Source: an uncultured Spirochaetota bacterium (GTDB lineage Bacteria > Spirochaetota > Spirochaetia > SZUA-6 > Fen-1364). From it: a DNA stretch of 64,000 nucleotides. The notes beneath the pieces were generated by a model. The model was not told where the DNA came from, did no database searches, and worked only from the letters and a program-made list of their open reading frames with translations. Shown here piece after piece: positions 30,050 to 39,302 of this stretch. The DNA lies in contig CAWAHW010000001.1 in NCBI GenBank assembly GCA_963781885.1, forward strand, positions 32,001 through 96,000, written 5' to 3'. The translations under genes were made by a program, and so were the position numbers. Positions within the stretch are counted from its first letter, which is position 1. Each line of letters begins with the position of its first letter.

Positions 30050-30070
30050 GCCCGGGCGCGGGGACAACCG

Positions 30071-31612
30071 CTACTCTTTTTCCACCACGAGCAGCGACAC
30101 GTCGTCGCTGAAGGACTCCGATCCGCGCCAGGCCACCAGCTCCCGCCGTATCGACGCGACGAGCTCGGCGAGCGGCAGGGCCCTGCCCGCCCTCACCGCC
30201 TCCTCCAGCCGCCGTGCGCCGAAGCTCGCGCCCGCCGGATTCGCGCAGTCCATGAGGCCGTCGGAGTAGAGGAAGAGCCTGTCCCCCTTCTCCATTGCCA
30301 CCTCCTCGGAGGCGACCTCGGCGCCGGGGAATAGACCGACCGCGTAGCCTTCCGTCTTCACCATCCGCACCGTGCCGTCTGCCTTGTGGAGAAGCGGGAA
30401 CGGGTGTCCGGCCCGCACGAGGCGCACCCGGCCCGTGCCGGTGTCGACGACCCCGTAGGTCATGGTGAAGTACGGGTTGGTGTCCTCCCGGATGTAGAAC
30501 CGGCTGCTCAGCCGCTTCACGACCTCCGCCGGCGGGACGATGCGCAGCTGCGCCGGGTCGTTCGTCTTTTCGACAAGGATGCCGCCAGTATCAGGGTGGG
30601 GCGACAGGAACATGTGCAGGACGAGGGAGAACAGAGCGGAGAGCACGCCCTGCCCCACGACGTCCAACGCGTAGAAGGCGGCGTGCTGGTCGTCGACGCG
30701 GAAGCATCCCAGGGCGTCGCCGCCGCCCAGGGGCGTGGGGAGAAAGAGCCAGTCGAAGCGCAGGCCCGCGATGGCGGTCTCCCGGGACGGCAGCAGGCGC
30801 TTCTGCGCGACGGCGAGCTCTTCCAGCTGCCGGAGCACCATCTGCTGGATGCGGTCGCGCTCGGACGATTCGCGGAACACGTAGAGGATGCCGAAGAGCG
30901 TGCCCTCGGGGCTGCGCAGCGGCGAGGCGCTGAACTCGACCGGGATCTCACGGCCCTCGTCGGCAACGAGGCGGCAGTTGGCGCGCAGCGTGCTCTTGCC
31001 CTCCAGGAACGGCTCGGTGACGGGGAATTGCAGCGGTGCGCGCGTCTCCATGTCGACCAGGGACACGATCTCCGTCATGCGCTGCTCGAGTATCTGCGCG
31101 CGCCCCTTTCCCAGGAGCGCCTCCGCCGAAGGGTTGACGAACTTCACGTAGCCCTTCGGATCGCAGATGATGACCGCCTCCATCATGCTGGCCGCCACCG
31201 CCGACATCCACCAGCCGTTTTCCCGCATGCCCCGGGTACGGCGATGCTTCAGGAGCGACATCTGGATGATCGCGTGGAGGCTCTTCTCCTCGAAGGGTTT
31301 CAGCACGTAGCCATACGGCTCGCTGAGCTGCGCCTGCTCCAGCGTCTCCTCGTCGGCGAAAGCGGTGAGGTAGACGATGGGGACGTCCAGCCGCTGGCGG
31401 ATCCGCTGCGCGGCCTCGATTCCGTTCATGGCACCCTTGAGGTGGATGTCCATGAGCACGAGATCCGGCTCGGTCTCCAGGAGACGGGCCACGGCGTCTT
31501 CCCCCGTCATTGCCATCACGGGCACCTCGTACCCGAGACCCTTCAGGGCCTCGGCGATCTGCAGGGCAACGACGCCCTCGTCTTCCACCACCATGATCCG
31601 TGCTTTTGCCAT
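30071..31612 (-). CDS. response regulator receiver-PAS-PP2C (SpoIIE/RsbU-like) phosphatase
   Basis: VVEDE...LMDI...KPF; PAS; GGD, DVVGQG, RAGHP, YSDGL, DDVSLL. Confidence 0.92.
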   Translation of the reverse strand: MAKARIMVVEDEGVVALQIAEALKGLGYEVPVMAMTGEDAVARLLETEPDLVLMDIHLKGAMNGIEAAQRIRQRLDVPIVYLTAFADEETLEQAQLSEPYGYVLKPFEEKSLHAIIQMSLLKHRRTRGMRENGWWMSAVAASMMEAVIICDPKGYVKFVNPSAEALLGKGRAQILEQRMTEIVSLVDMETRAPLQFPVTEPFLEGKSTLRANCRLVADEGREIPVEFSASPLRSPEGTLFGILYVFRESSERDRIQQMVLRQLEELAVAQKRLLPSRETAIAGLRFDWLFLPTPLGGGDALGCFRVDDQHAAFYALDVVGQGVLSALFSLVLHMFLSPHPDTGGILVEKTNDPAQLRIVPPAEVVKRLSSRFYIREDTNPYFTMTYGVVDTGTGRVRLVRAGHPFPLLHKADGTVRMVKTEGYAVGLFPGAEVASEEVAMEKGDRLFLYSDGLMDCANPAGASFGARRLEEAVRAGRALPLAELVASIRRELVAWRGSESFSDDVSLLVVEKE

Positions 31613-31621
31613 GTACTCCCC

Positions 31622-32800
31622 CTATGCCGCGCAGACGTCCAGGGCAAGACCGGCGAGCGCGACGATGCCGTGCTCGAGCGCGCCGTCGTTGAAATCGAAG
31701 CTTGCCGCGTGCAGCGCCGGCCAGCTCTCCCCCAGCCCCAGACGCAGGAGAGCGCCCGGGACTTTTTCCAGGTAAAAGGCGAAATCCTCCGCCGTCATGC
31801 TGAGCGGATGCACGTCGGACCACGCCGCGCTTCCTAGGAGACGGGTGACCACGCCGCGCGCGCGCTCGACCGCGGCGGCATCGTTGACCAGGGGCACGTA
31901 GCCCTCGGTGTAGGAAAGCTCGCAGGCACAGCCCGCCGACGCGCAGACGCCTTGCACGATCCGCTCCATCCTGCCCTTCAGAATCGGCTGCAGGGACCGG
32001 TCGAAATAGCGGGTGGTTCCCTCCAAGGCGACCTCGTCGGGGATGACATTGCTCGTGTGCCCGCCCTCGATCCGGCAGATGGAGAGAACAACGGGCGCCA
32101 GGGGATCCACGCCGCGCGACACGACCGCTTGCAGCGCGCTCACGACCTGGGCGGCGGCGAGCACGGGGTCGGATGCCTTGTCCGGCATGGCCGCGTGACC
32201 GCCCTTTCCGCGGACGACAATGGTGAATGTGTCGGCCGCGGCCATGGCCGGACCGGGCGCCGCGCTGAGCGTTCCGAACGCCTGCCGGGGCCACCCGTGC
32301 AGAGCAAAGGCGTGCGCCGGCCGCGGCGCGATCTCCAGGAGCCCCTTCTCCACGAGGGCCTTGCCGCCGCACGACTCCTCCTCCGCGGGCTGGAAGACGA
32401 AGCGGACGCTGCCGGCAATATCGCGCCGCATCTCCTGGAGCGTCCGCAGCACCCCGTAGAGTATCGCCATGTGCCCGTCATGCCCGCAGGCATGCGACAT
32501 GCCGGGCCGCTCGGACTTCCATTCAACCCCAGACTTGTCCGCGACAGGCAGCGCGTCGATGTCGGCGCGGAGCAGGACGCAGGGTCCCGGCTTCCCGCCC
32601 TCCAGGAGTCCGACGGTGTCCGTCTCCAGGAGGGGCGGGAGCACGTCCACGCGCAGAGAGGAGAGTGCGCGGCGGATCGCGGCGCAGGTATCCATCTCCC
32701 GGTCATGCGGCTCCGGGATGCGGTGCAGCGCGTGGCGGAGCGCGATGACGTCGGGGAGTATGTCGGTGACGCGGCGGCGGAGCGCCGTGGGATCTGTCAT
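31622..32800 (-). CDS. M20D-family amidohydrolase
   Basis: LRADIDALP, HACGHDGH, FQPAEE, AEDFAFY. Confidence 0.93.
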   Translation of the reverse strand: MTDPTALRRRVTDILPDVIALRHALHRIPEPHDREMDTCAAIRRALSSLRVDVLPPLLETDTVGLLEGGKPGPCVLLRADIDALPVADKSGVEWKSERPGMSHACGHDGHMAILYGVLRTLQEMRRDIAGSVRFVFQPAEEESCGGKALVEKGLLEIAPRPAHAFALHGWPRQAFGTLSAAPGPAMAAADTFTIVVRGKGGHAAMPDKASDPVLAAAQVVSALQAVVSRGVDPLAPVVLSICRIEGGHTSNVIPDEVALEGTTRYFDRSLQPILKGRMERIVQGVCASAGCACELSYTEGYVPLVNDAAAVERARGVVTRLLGSAAWSDVHPLSMTAEDFAFYLEKVPGALLRLGLGESWPALHAASFDFNDGALEHGIVALAGLALDVCAA

Positions 32801-32928
32801 GCCCCGATAGTAGCAGATCGGGGCATCGTCTGCCGGGGAGAGAAAAGACGAGCCGGCCCATGCGCGGCGGAGAAGAAGACTGCCGCGGCGCGGGCCGGCT
32901 CCAGGCGAAGAAGAAACGATGAGGCGAG

Positions 32929-33696
32929 CTACATTTTAGGCGGGAACTTCTCCGGATCGATCACGAACCACACCTTTCCGACGTTCTGACCCGTCGTGTC
33001 ACCGCGCTTCGCGTCCTTGACCCAGAGGTACAGCGGGTAGCCCTTGAATGTCGCCTGGGTGCCCGCGCCATCCGTCCGGGTGATGGTGCCGAAGTCCATC
33101 GCGTTCAGGCCCGACGGCACGACGAACGACGAAGGCGCAAAGGCCGGCCACGCCTTCAGGCAGCCGCCCGTGCAGGCGCTCATGCCCGCCTTGTCGACGG
33201 TATACCAGTAGAGGGTATTGCCATTTCCATCGACAAGATAGTTGCCGAGCTTGGCATCAGTGGCCACCATGACGGTGTAGGCCGGCACCTTCAGCACGTA
33301 CCAGACCTTGTGAACACCCTCGCCCGTCATGTCCCCCGCCACCTTGTCGTTGACCCAGTAGTACAGGGGCCAGCCGTGATAGGTGGTCTGCTTCGTTCCG
33401 TCCGTGCGCGTGATGGTGCCGAAATCGGAGGCCATCAACGGGCCGGAAACGCTCGTCGTGTCGGCACTAAAGATGGGCCACGCTTTTGCGCAGCCTCCAT
33501 AACACGCGCTCTGCCCGTTCGCATCCAGGGTATAATAGTAAAGAGTCATGCCCTTGCCGTCGGTGAGGTAGCTCACACCGCTCGGGCTGGTCTGCACCTG
33601 CACCGCGCTCATCGACTGTGCGCTCGCCAGGGTGGCGGAGGCAGCCAGCACGAACAGCGTCAGGAACAGCACCAGATGAATCCTCTTCATCAGCAT
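32929..33696 (-). CDS. secreted protein with Yx(FWY)xxD (Lipoprotein_15/COG4315-like) repeats
   Basis: Signal peptide; duplicated unit YL.DG.G.TLY.YT.D...SAC.GGC.KAWP...FGTITRTDG..Q.T..G.PLY.WV.D. Confidence 0.88.
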   Translation of the reverse strand: MLMKRIHLVLFLTLFVLAASATLASAQSMSAVQVQTSPSGVSYLTDGKGMTLYYYTLDANGQSACYGGCAKAWPIFSADTTSVSGPLMASDFGTITRTDGTKQTTYHGWPLYYWVNDKVAGDMTGEGVHKVWYVLKVPAYTVMVATDAKLGNYLVDGNGNTLYWYTVDKAGMSACTGGCLKAWPAFAPSSFVVPSGLNAMDFGTITRTDGAGTQATFKGYPLYLWVKDAKRGDTTGQNVGKVWFVIDPEKFPPKM

Positions 33697-33770
33697 CTCC
33701 TTTTCAGGGAATCTTTGAACTTCAATGTATTAAGTCGTCAGCTAATAGTCTATGATTTTGGTCAGGTATA

Positions 33771-34273
33771 TCACCGAACAGCACCCGATGCCCCGAAGGC
33801 ATCGGGTGCATCGAACAGTCTCCTGTCCAGGGACAATTTTCGCGCGGGGAGCGCAAGCATGGCAAAAGTCGGGATGCCCAGGCAGAAATCGCGGATGATC
33901 GTGAGCGGTCCGACGGTGGTCTGGAGAAGCGAGCCGAAGCATCCACAATCCAGAGCGATGCCGCGCGCCCACGCGGAAGCCTGGGCGATCAGAAATGCGG
34001 CGAACAGGAGCGTGCCCACGAGCGCAGCCCCACGGACGAGCAGCCCGGCGGCCAGGTAGAGGCCGATGCCGATCTCGAGAAAGGGAAGGACGAATGCGAA
34101 TGGTCCCGCCAGCGCGTCCGGCAGGATGCCATAGCGCTGGACGAGGATCTGGAAGCTTCCGATCTGGGGATCTTCGCCGCGCCGGAGACTATCCAGACCG
34201 CGGCAGCCGCCAGACGCAGGGAAAAGCCCAGCCACGGCAGCCAGAGTGGTTCAGGACCTGCCGCTCGCTGCAT
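33771..34273 (-). CDS. MauE/DoxX-family membrane redox protein; frameshift in G-run 34166-34169
   Basis: LRLAAAAVWIVSGAAKIP/QIGSF...LPFLEIGIG...RGIALDCGCFG...IIRD. Confidence 0.88.
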
Positions 34274-35078
34274 TCTGCAACCGTTCGATCAAGAGGAGGT
34301 CGGGCTGCTCGCGGTCATTTCGCCAGGAGACGGCGCCTTTGGCATCGATGATGTAGAAGGTCGGGTACAGCGCGACTCCATACGCGCGTGTCACGGCTCC
34401 CGCCGCCCCTGCCTTCAGGAAGCTTCCCGCGGGGACCGCGGGGTCCAGGAGCAGCGGCCATTCGACGCCGAAGAATCGGCGAAATGCGTAGAGGCTCGCC
34501 GGATCTTCACCATCGGCATTCACGGAAAGGAACGCGAAGCTGTCCTTCGGCAGCGTTGCATACAGCCTGTGCAGGTGCTGCGCCTCAGCCTGGCAGTGCG
34601 GGCACCAGGTGGCAAAAAACTCCAGGAGCACTGTTTTTCCCCTGTATGCGGAAAGTCTCACCGAGTCACCCAGGGGGGTCTGCAGGGAAAAGTCGGGCGC
34701 CGGTGCGCCCACGGCGAGCATGCTCTTGCTCGGCGGAAGAAGGGTCGTCTCCGCCGGAAGATTTTCGACGACTCCGACGCTCGTGTCGGTGGTGAGGTGG
34801 AAACCCAGCGCATCAGCACCGGCTGCAAGGGCCGCTTCCGCCGGGCTCAAACCCGCGGTCGACGCGGCCGCGGCAACTGCCGTTGTGGCAGCTGGCGCGG
34901 GTGGCGGCACGATATTGGCCGCAGCCCTGGCCTGCACGCCCCAGATGATGAATGCCGCGGCGACTCCCGCCACCACGACGCCCAGCGTGGCAAAGACCGC
35001 GATGCGCTGGGTGCCTCTCCCCTTCCTGCCTCCGCCGCTGCGCGCGACAGCTTTCTCTCTCATTTTGGCGCTTCCCAT
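34251..35078 (-). CDS. membrane-anchored TlpA/AhpC-type redoxin
   Basis: N-terminal TM; APDFSL, FFATWCPHC, YGVALYPTFYIID. Confidence 0.9.
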   Translation of the reverse strand: MGSAKMREKAVARSGGGRKGRGTQRIAVFATLGVVVAGVAAAFIIWGVQARAAANIVPPPAPAATTAVAAAASTAGLSPAEAALAAGADALGFHLTTDTSVGVVENLPAETTLLPPSKSMLAVGAPAPDFSLQTPLGDSVRLSAYRGKTVLLEFFATWCPHCQAEAQHLHRLYATLPKDSFAFLSVNADGEDPASLYAFRRFFGVEWPLLLDPAVPAGSFLKAGAAGAVTRAYGVALYPTFYIIDAKGAVSWRNDREQPDLLLIERLQNAASGRS

Positions 35079-35135
35079 TTTCCCTCAGGGAAGAAAGTAC
35101 TGTTTCAGGGAAGAGCCGTCACCACGGCGGAGAAA

Positions 35136-36413
35136 TTAGGTGCGAAGGTTCCCATCCCCGCGGAGCACCCACTTGTAGGTCGTGAGCTCCTTCAGACCCA
35201 TGGGCCCGCGGGCGTGGAGCTTGTCGGTGCTGATGCCCACCTCGGCGCCGAGACCGAACACGCCGCCGTCGCTCATGCGCGTGGAGGCGTTGACCGTGAC
35301 GACCGCCGAATCCACCAGGCTCACGAAGCGCTCGATGTTGCGGGAGCTGCTGGAGCAGATGCCGTCGGTGTGCCGCGAGCCGTAGGTCTCGATGTGCGCG
35401 GCAGCCTCGTCCAGGCCGTCGACCACCTTCACGGTCATGATGAGGTCCAGATACTCCGCGTACCAGTCCTCCTCCGTTGCCGGCTTCGTTCCCGGGAGGA
35501 TGGCGATGGCGCGCGGGTCGCCGCGCAGCTCGACGCCGGGCATCTTCGCTTTCACCATCGGCAGGAGGCGCCCGGCAACGGAGGAATGCACGAGCAGCTT
35601 CTCCAGCGCGTTGCACGTGCCGGGCCGCTGGACCTTGGAGTTCACGACCACGTCGGCCGCCATGGAGAGGTCGGCCGTCTCATCCACGTACATGTGGCAG
35701 ACGCCCTTGTAGTGCTTGATGACGGGCACCGTCGCCTTGTCGACCACCCTCTGGATCAGCTTCTCACCGCCGCGGGGCACGACGAGGTCCACAAGCCCGG
35801 TCTGCGTGACCAGAAGGTCGATGGCCTCATAGTCGGGTCGGTCCACGTATTGCACTGCCTTGCCGTCCATGCCCGCCCGCGCAAGACCCTCCTGGATGCA
35901 CCGCACCAGCTCCCGGCTGGATTCCATCGCCTCGCTGCCGCCCCGGAGGATCGCCGCGTTGCCCGCCTTCACGCAGAGCGCCGCCGCATCCACCGTCACG
36001 TTCGGCCGCGATTCGTAGATCATCACGATGACGCCGATGGGCGTGCGCACCTTTTCCAGCAGGAAGCCCTCCGGCCGGCGCGTCCCGATCACCTCGCCGA
36101 CGGGGTCGTCGAACGCGGCGATGTCCTTGAGCGATGCGATCATGCCGTCGATGCGCGCGTCCGTGAGGGTGAGACGGTCCACCATTGCCGATGAGAGGCC
36201 CGCCTTCCGCCCGCCCTCCACGTCGCGGCCGTTTGCCGCCTTGATCTCGGCGCGCCGGGCGTCGATGGAGGCCGCCATGGCGGCAAGCGCCGCATTCTTG
36301 GCGTTCGCGTTCAGCGTGCGCAAGCCCACCGACGCCTTGTGCGCCGCGCAGGCCATGCCGACGATGTACTCTTTCAGGTCCATGAGGCCCTCACTCTCTC
36401 TGGTCGCGGACAC
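35136..36413 (-). CDS. proA: gamma-glutamyl phosphate reductase
   Basis: IYESRPNVT, LRGGSEA, PRGG..LI, CNALE, GLGAEVGISTDKLHARGPMGL. Confidence 0.96.
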   Translation of the reverse strand: MSATRESEGLMDLKEYIVGMACAAHKASVGLRTLNANAKNAALAAMAASIDARRAEIKAANGRDVEGGRKAGLSSAMVDRLTLTDARIDGMIASLKDIAAFDDPVGEVIGTRRPEGFLLEKVRTPIGVIVMIYESRPNVTVDAAALCVKAGNAAILRGGSEAMESSRELVRCIQEGLARAGMDGKAVQYVDRPDYEAIDLLVTQTGLVDLVVPRGGEKLIQRVVDKATVPVIKHYKGVCHMYVDETADLSMAADVVVNSKVQRPGTCNALEKLLVHSSVAGRLLPMVKAKMPGVELRGDPRAIAILPGTKPATEEDWYAEYLDLIMTVKVVDGLDEAAAHIETYGSRHTDGICSSSSRNIERFVSLVDSAVVTVNASTRMSDGGVFGLGAEVGISTDKLHARGPMGLKELTTYKWVLRGDGNLRT

Positions 36414-36472
36414 GTTGCCGTGTCATTCGCGGACACGTACCGTGTCATTCGCGGACACGTACCGTGTCATTC
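36404..36472. repeat. 3 tandem copies of a 22-bp palindromic unit
   Basis: TCGCGGACACGTACCGTGTCAT at 36427-36448 and 36449-36470, 23-nt variant at 36404-36426; each holds GACACG/CGTGTC stem. Confidence 0.92.
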
Positions 36473-37630
36473 TCTTCTATCCACCACCACGAGGTTGTCG
36501 CGGTGCACCACCTCGTCAAAATATGCCTCCGCGCCGAGCACCTGGGGAATCTGTTTCGTGTTCATGCCCTTGATGAGGGCAAGCTCACCGCTTGAGAAAT
36601 TACTGAGCCCGCGCGCCACCTCCTGCCCGTCCTCGTCGAGGATGGAGATGACGCTTCCAATGGAGAAATCCCCGCGGATGTCCTTCACGCCGGCGGGCAG
36701 CAAGGACCTGCCCTGGCGCAGGATGGCCCGCTCCGCCCCCCTGTCCACGACGATGGAGCCCTCCGTGCGCGGATTGAATGCAAGCCACTTCTTGCGGCCC
36801 TTCATCCTGCGCTCCGTCGGCACGAACCATGTCCCGATCTCCCGGCCGGCGAGCACCCCTCCCAGGTCGAGGCCTTCCCCGCGGGCAATCACCACGCCGA
36901 CGCCGCTTCGCGTCGCGATGTCCGCCGCCCTGATCTTCGCCTCCATGCCGCCGGAGGAAAACGACGACCCCTTGCCCTCCGCCCCCGCGAGCACCGCCTC
37001 CGTCACCTTTGTCACGGTGCGGAGGACGCGCGCGTCCGGGTTCCCTTTCGGGTTCCTGTCATAGACGCCGTCGGTGTCGGTGAGGATCACCAGCAGGTCC
37101 GCGTCGAGCATGATGGCGAGATGCGCGGAGATGACGTCATTGTCGCCGAACCTGATCTCGGCAAAAGAGACGGTGTCGTTCTCATTGACGATGGGCACGA
37201 CGCCGAAGCTCCAGAGCGTGAAAATGGTGTTTCGGATGTTAAGGTACCGGGCGCGGCTGCGCACGTCCTCCGACGTGAGGAGGATCTGCGCCGTCTCCCT
37301 GCTCACGGCGGCGAACTCGTGCTCGTAGGCGTGCATGAGCCGGCTCTGACCCATGGCAGCTGCCGCCTGGAGCAGGTTCAACTCGCGGGGCCGCGCCATG
37401 AGCCCCATGCGGCTGAGACCCAGCGCGATGGCGCCGGAGCTCACGATGATGAAGGACCGGCCGTTTGCATCGGCAGGAGAGCCCGGCGGCGCCATGAGGG
37501 AGCCCACCTGGCGCACGAGCGAGCCCATGACGCTTTCGGAAAAAGCATTGTCGCCCCCCGTGGCCACACTCGTGCCGACCTTGATGACGATGCGGCGGGA
37601 GTGACTGATGGAATCGCGTGCTGCGGTCAT
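36467..37630 (-). CDS. proB: glutamate 5-kinase with PUA domain
   Basis: IVIKVGTS, VSSGAIA.G, QAAAA.GQ, PIVNENDTV, FGDND, GGM.AKI, VVHRDNL. Confidence 0.96.
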   Translation of the reverse strand: MTAARDSISHSRRIVIKVGTSVATGGDNAFSESVMGSLVRQVGSLMAPPGSPADANGRSFIIVSSGAIALGLSRMGLMARPRELNLLQAAAAMGQSRLMHAYEHEFAAVSRETAQILLTSEDVRSRARYLNIRNTIFTLWSFGVVPIVNENDTVSFAEIRFGDNDVISAHLAIMLDADLLVILTDTDGVYDRNPKGNPDARVLRTVTKVTEAVLAGAEGKGSSFSSGGMEAKIRAADIATRSGVGVVIARGEGLDLGGVLAGREIGTWFVPTERRMKGRKKWLAFNPRTEGSIVVDRGAERAILRQGRSLLPAGVKDIRGDFSIGSVISILDEDGQEVARGLSNFSSGELALIKGMNTKQIPQVLGAEAYFDEVVHRDNLVVVDRRE

Positions 37631-37722
37631 GGTTGTAGAGGAGCGAGTATAACACAAAGCCCTGCGCGGGGGGAGGCGCCGGGCCGTAGGCGGGGTACGG
37701 CAACGCCGCTATACTCCCCCCG

Positions 37723-38409
37723 ATGTCCCCGGCAGCCCGTGACGGTCTCGGCCTCATCGCCTCGTACGCGTTTGTGTTCGGATTCATCGGCGCCGCGACG
37801 CTTCTGGTGAGGCAGAAGGTGCTGCAGCCCGCCGCCAGCCGCAAGGTGATCCATATCGGCGTGGCGCACTGGTGGCTCATCGCGATGGCCCTGATGGACG
37901 ATCCCTGGGTGACATCGGTGGGACCGCTCAGCTTCATCTGCATCAACGCGCTTGACATCCGCCATCGTTTCCTCCCCGCCATGGACGAGGGCGCGGACGC
38001 GCGCAACTGGGGGACCGTCTACTTTCCCGTTTCCCTCCTCATCCTCGTGAACCTCTGCTGGCGCGGCGTGATGCCGACCTGGATCGGGGGCATGGCCGTG
38101 CTGGTCCTCGGGTGGGGCGACGGGCTTGCCGCGCTGATCGGCGAAGGAAGCCGCGGGCCGGCTTTCCGTGTCTGGCACGGAAGGAAAAGCCTCGCGGGGA
38201 CGGCGGCGATGTGTGCGGCGTCATTCATCGTGGCGCTGGTCTTCATCCTTGCTTTTTCTTCCCGCGGCGGCTCCGTGCCTTCCACCGCGGGCATCGCGGC
38301 CCTGATCGCGTGCGCCGCCACGGCCGTGGAGCTCGTGACGCCCCTGGGCATCGACAATATCACGGTTCCGCTTGCGGTCGCCGGCATGGCGTGGGCGCTT
38401 TTTTCATGA
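37723..38409 (+). CDS. SEC59/VTE5-like (dolichol/phytol kinase-type) membrane kinase
   Basis: RKVIHIGV, GTVYFP, GWGDGLAALIG, KSLAGT, GIDNITVP. Confidence 0.85.
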   Translation: MSPAARDGLGLIASYAFVFGFIGAATLLVRQKVLQPAASRKVIHIGVAHWWLIAMALMDDPWVTSVGPLSFICINALDIRHRFLPAMDEGADARNWGTVYFPVSLLILVNLCWRGVMPTWIGGMAVLVLGWGDGLAALIGEGSRGPAFRVWHGRKSLAGTAAMCAASFIVALVFILAFSSRGGSVPSTAGIAALIACAATAVELVTPLGIDNITVPLAVAGMAWALFS

Positions 38410-39251
38410 GCTTTCCGCTTCTCCTCGCCATCGGTCTTGCCGTGAATGCCGCGGCGGCGCTCCTGACCCTCTGGCGCGGCTCCGTCGATGCAGAGGGCGC
38501 GGCAGCGGGAATCGTGGTGGGCGCCCTGATCTTCGCCTGCGGCGGGCCGCTTTTCTGGCTCCTGCTCATGGCATTCTTCGTTTCCTCCACGGCGCTCGGG
38601 TACATCCGCAAAAATGAAAGGGAGTGGCTGAAAGCCATCCACGAGAAGGGAAGCCGGCGTGATGCATTCCAGGTGCTCGCCAACGGCGGCATGGGCATGC
38701 TCACCGCCGTCCTCTACAAGCTCACCGCGAACCCCGCCTGGGCCGCCGCGTTTGCCGTTTCCTTCGCGTCATCCACGGCAGACACCTGGGCGAGCGAGCT
38801 TGGCGTGCTTTCCCGCGCGTCACCCGTGTCCCTGCTCACGTTCCGCCCCGTGCCGCGCGGCGTGTCCGGCGGCGTGAGCTTTCCCGGCACCCTCATCGCG
38901 CTTGCCGGGGCATTCTTCATCGCCGTGCTCTTTGCCGGCGTGGACGCCGTGCGGCACGCGCTGCCCGCGGGATTCCTGAAAGTACTCGCGGTGGTGACGG
39001 CGGCCGGCTTTGTCGGCTCGATCGTGGACAGCCTCCTCGGTGCCACGGTGCAGGCGCAATACGCCGCGGCGCCTGGTGAAGGCCCCTCCCCCGCTCCTGC
39101 GCCCGCGGTGACCGAGCGCAGGCTCTCGCCCCAGGGGCTGCCGAACCGCCTGGTGCGCGGGCTTTCATTCGTCAACAACGACGTCGTCAACTTTGCAAGC
39201 TGCGCGGCGGTGACAATCGCGACGTTTCTCCTGGCGCCGCGCCTGTTCTGA
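38406..39251 (+). CDS. DUF92/TMEM19 (VTE6-like) membrane protein
   Basis: RDAFQVLANGG, ADTWASELG, G.SGGVS..G, DSLLGATVQ, NNDVVN; ATGA overlap. Confidence 0.9.
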   Translation: MSFPLLLAIGLAVNAAAALLTLWRGSVDAEGAAAGIVVGALIFACGGPLFWLLLMAFFVSSTALGYIRKNEREWLKAIHEKGSRRDAFQVLANGGMGMLTAVLYKLTANPAWAAAFAVSFASSTADTWASELGVLSRASPVSLLTFRPVPRGVSGGVSFPGTLIALAGAFFIAVLFAGVDAVRHALPAGFLKVLAVVTAAGFVGSIVDSLLGATVQAQYAAAPGEGPSPAPAPAVTERRLSPQGLPNRLVRGLSFVNNDVVNFASCAAVTIATFLLAPRLF

Positions 39252-39302
39252 GCCAGACCGCCGTGCGTTGACTTCGCGTCGGCCCGGCTTCACACTCTGA
39301 AT

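Noticed and set aside
36404-36472. Palindromic repeats as a mini-CRISPR array
   Set aside because: Units abut with no spacers and there are no cas genes; it is a simple tandem repeat
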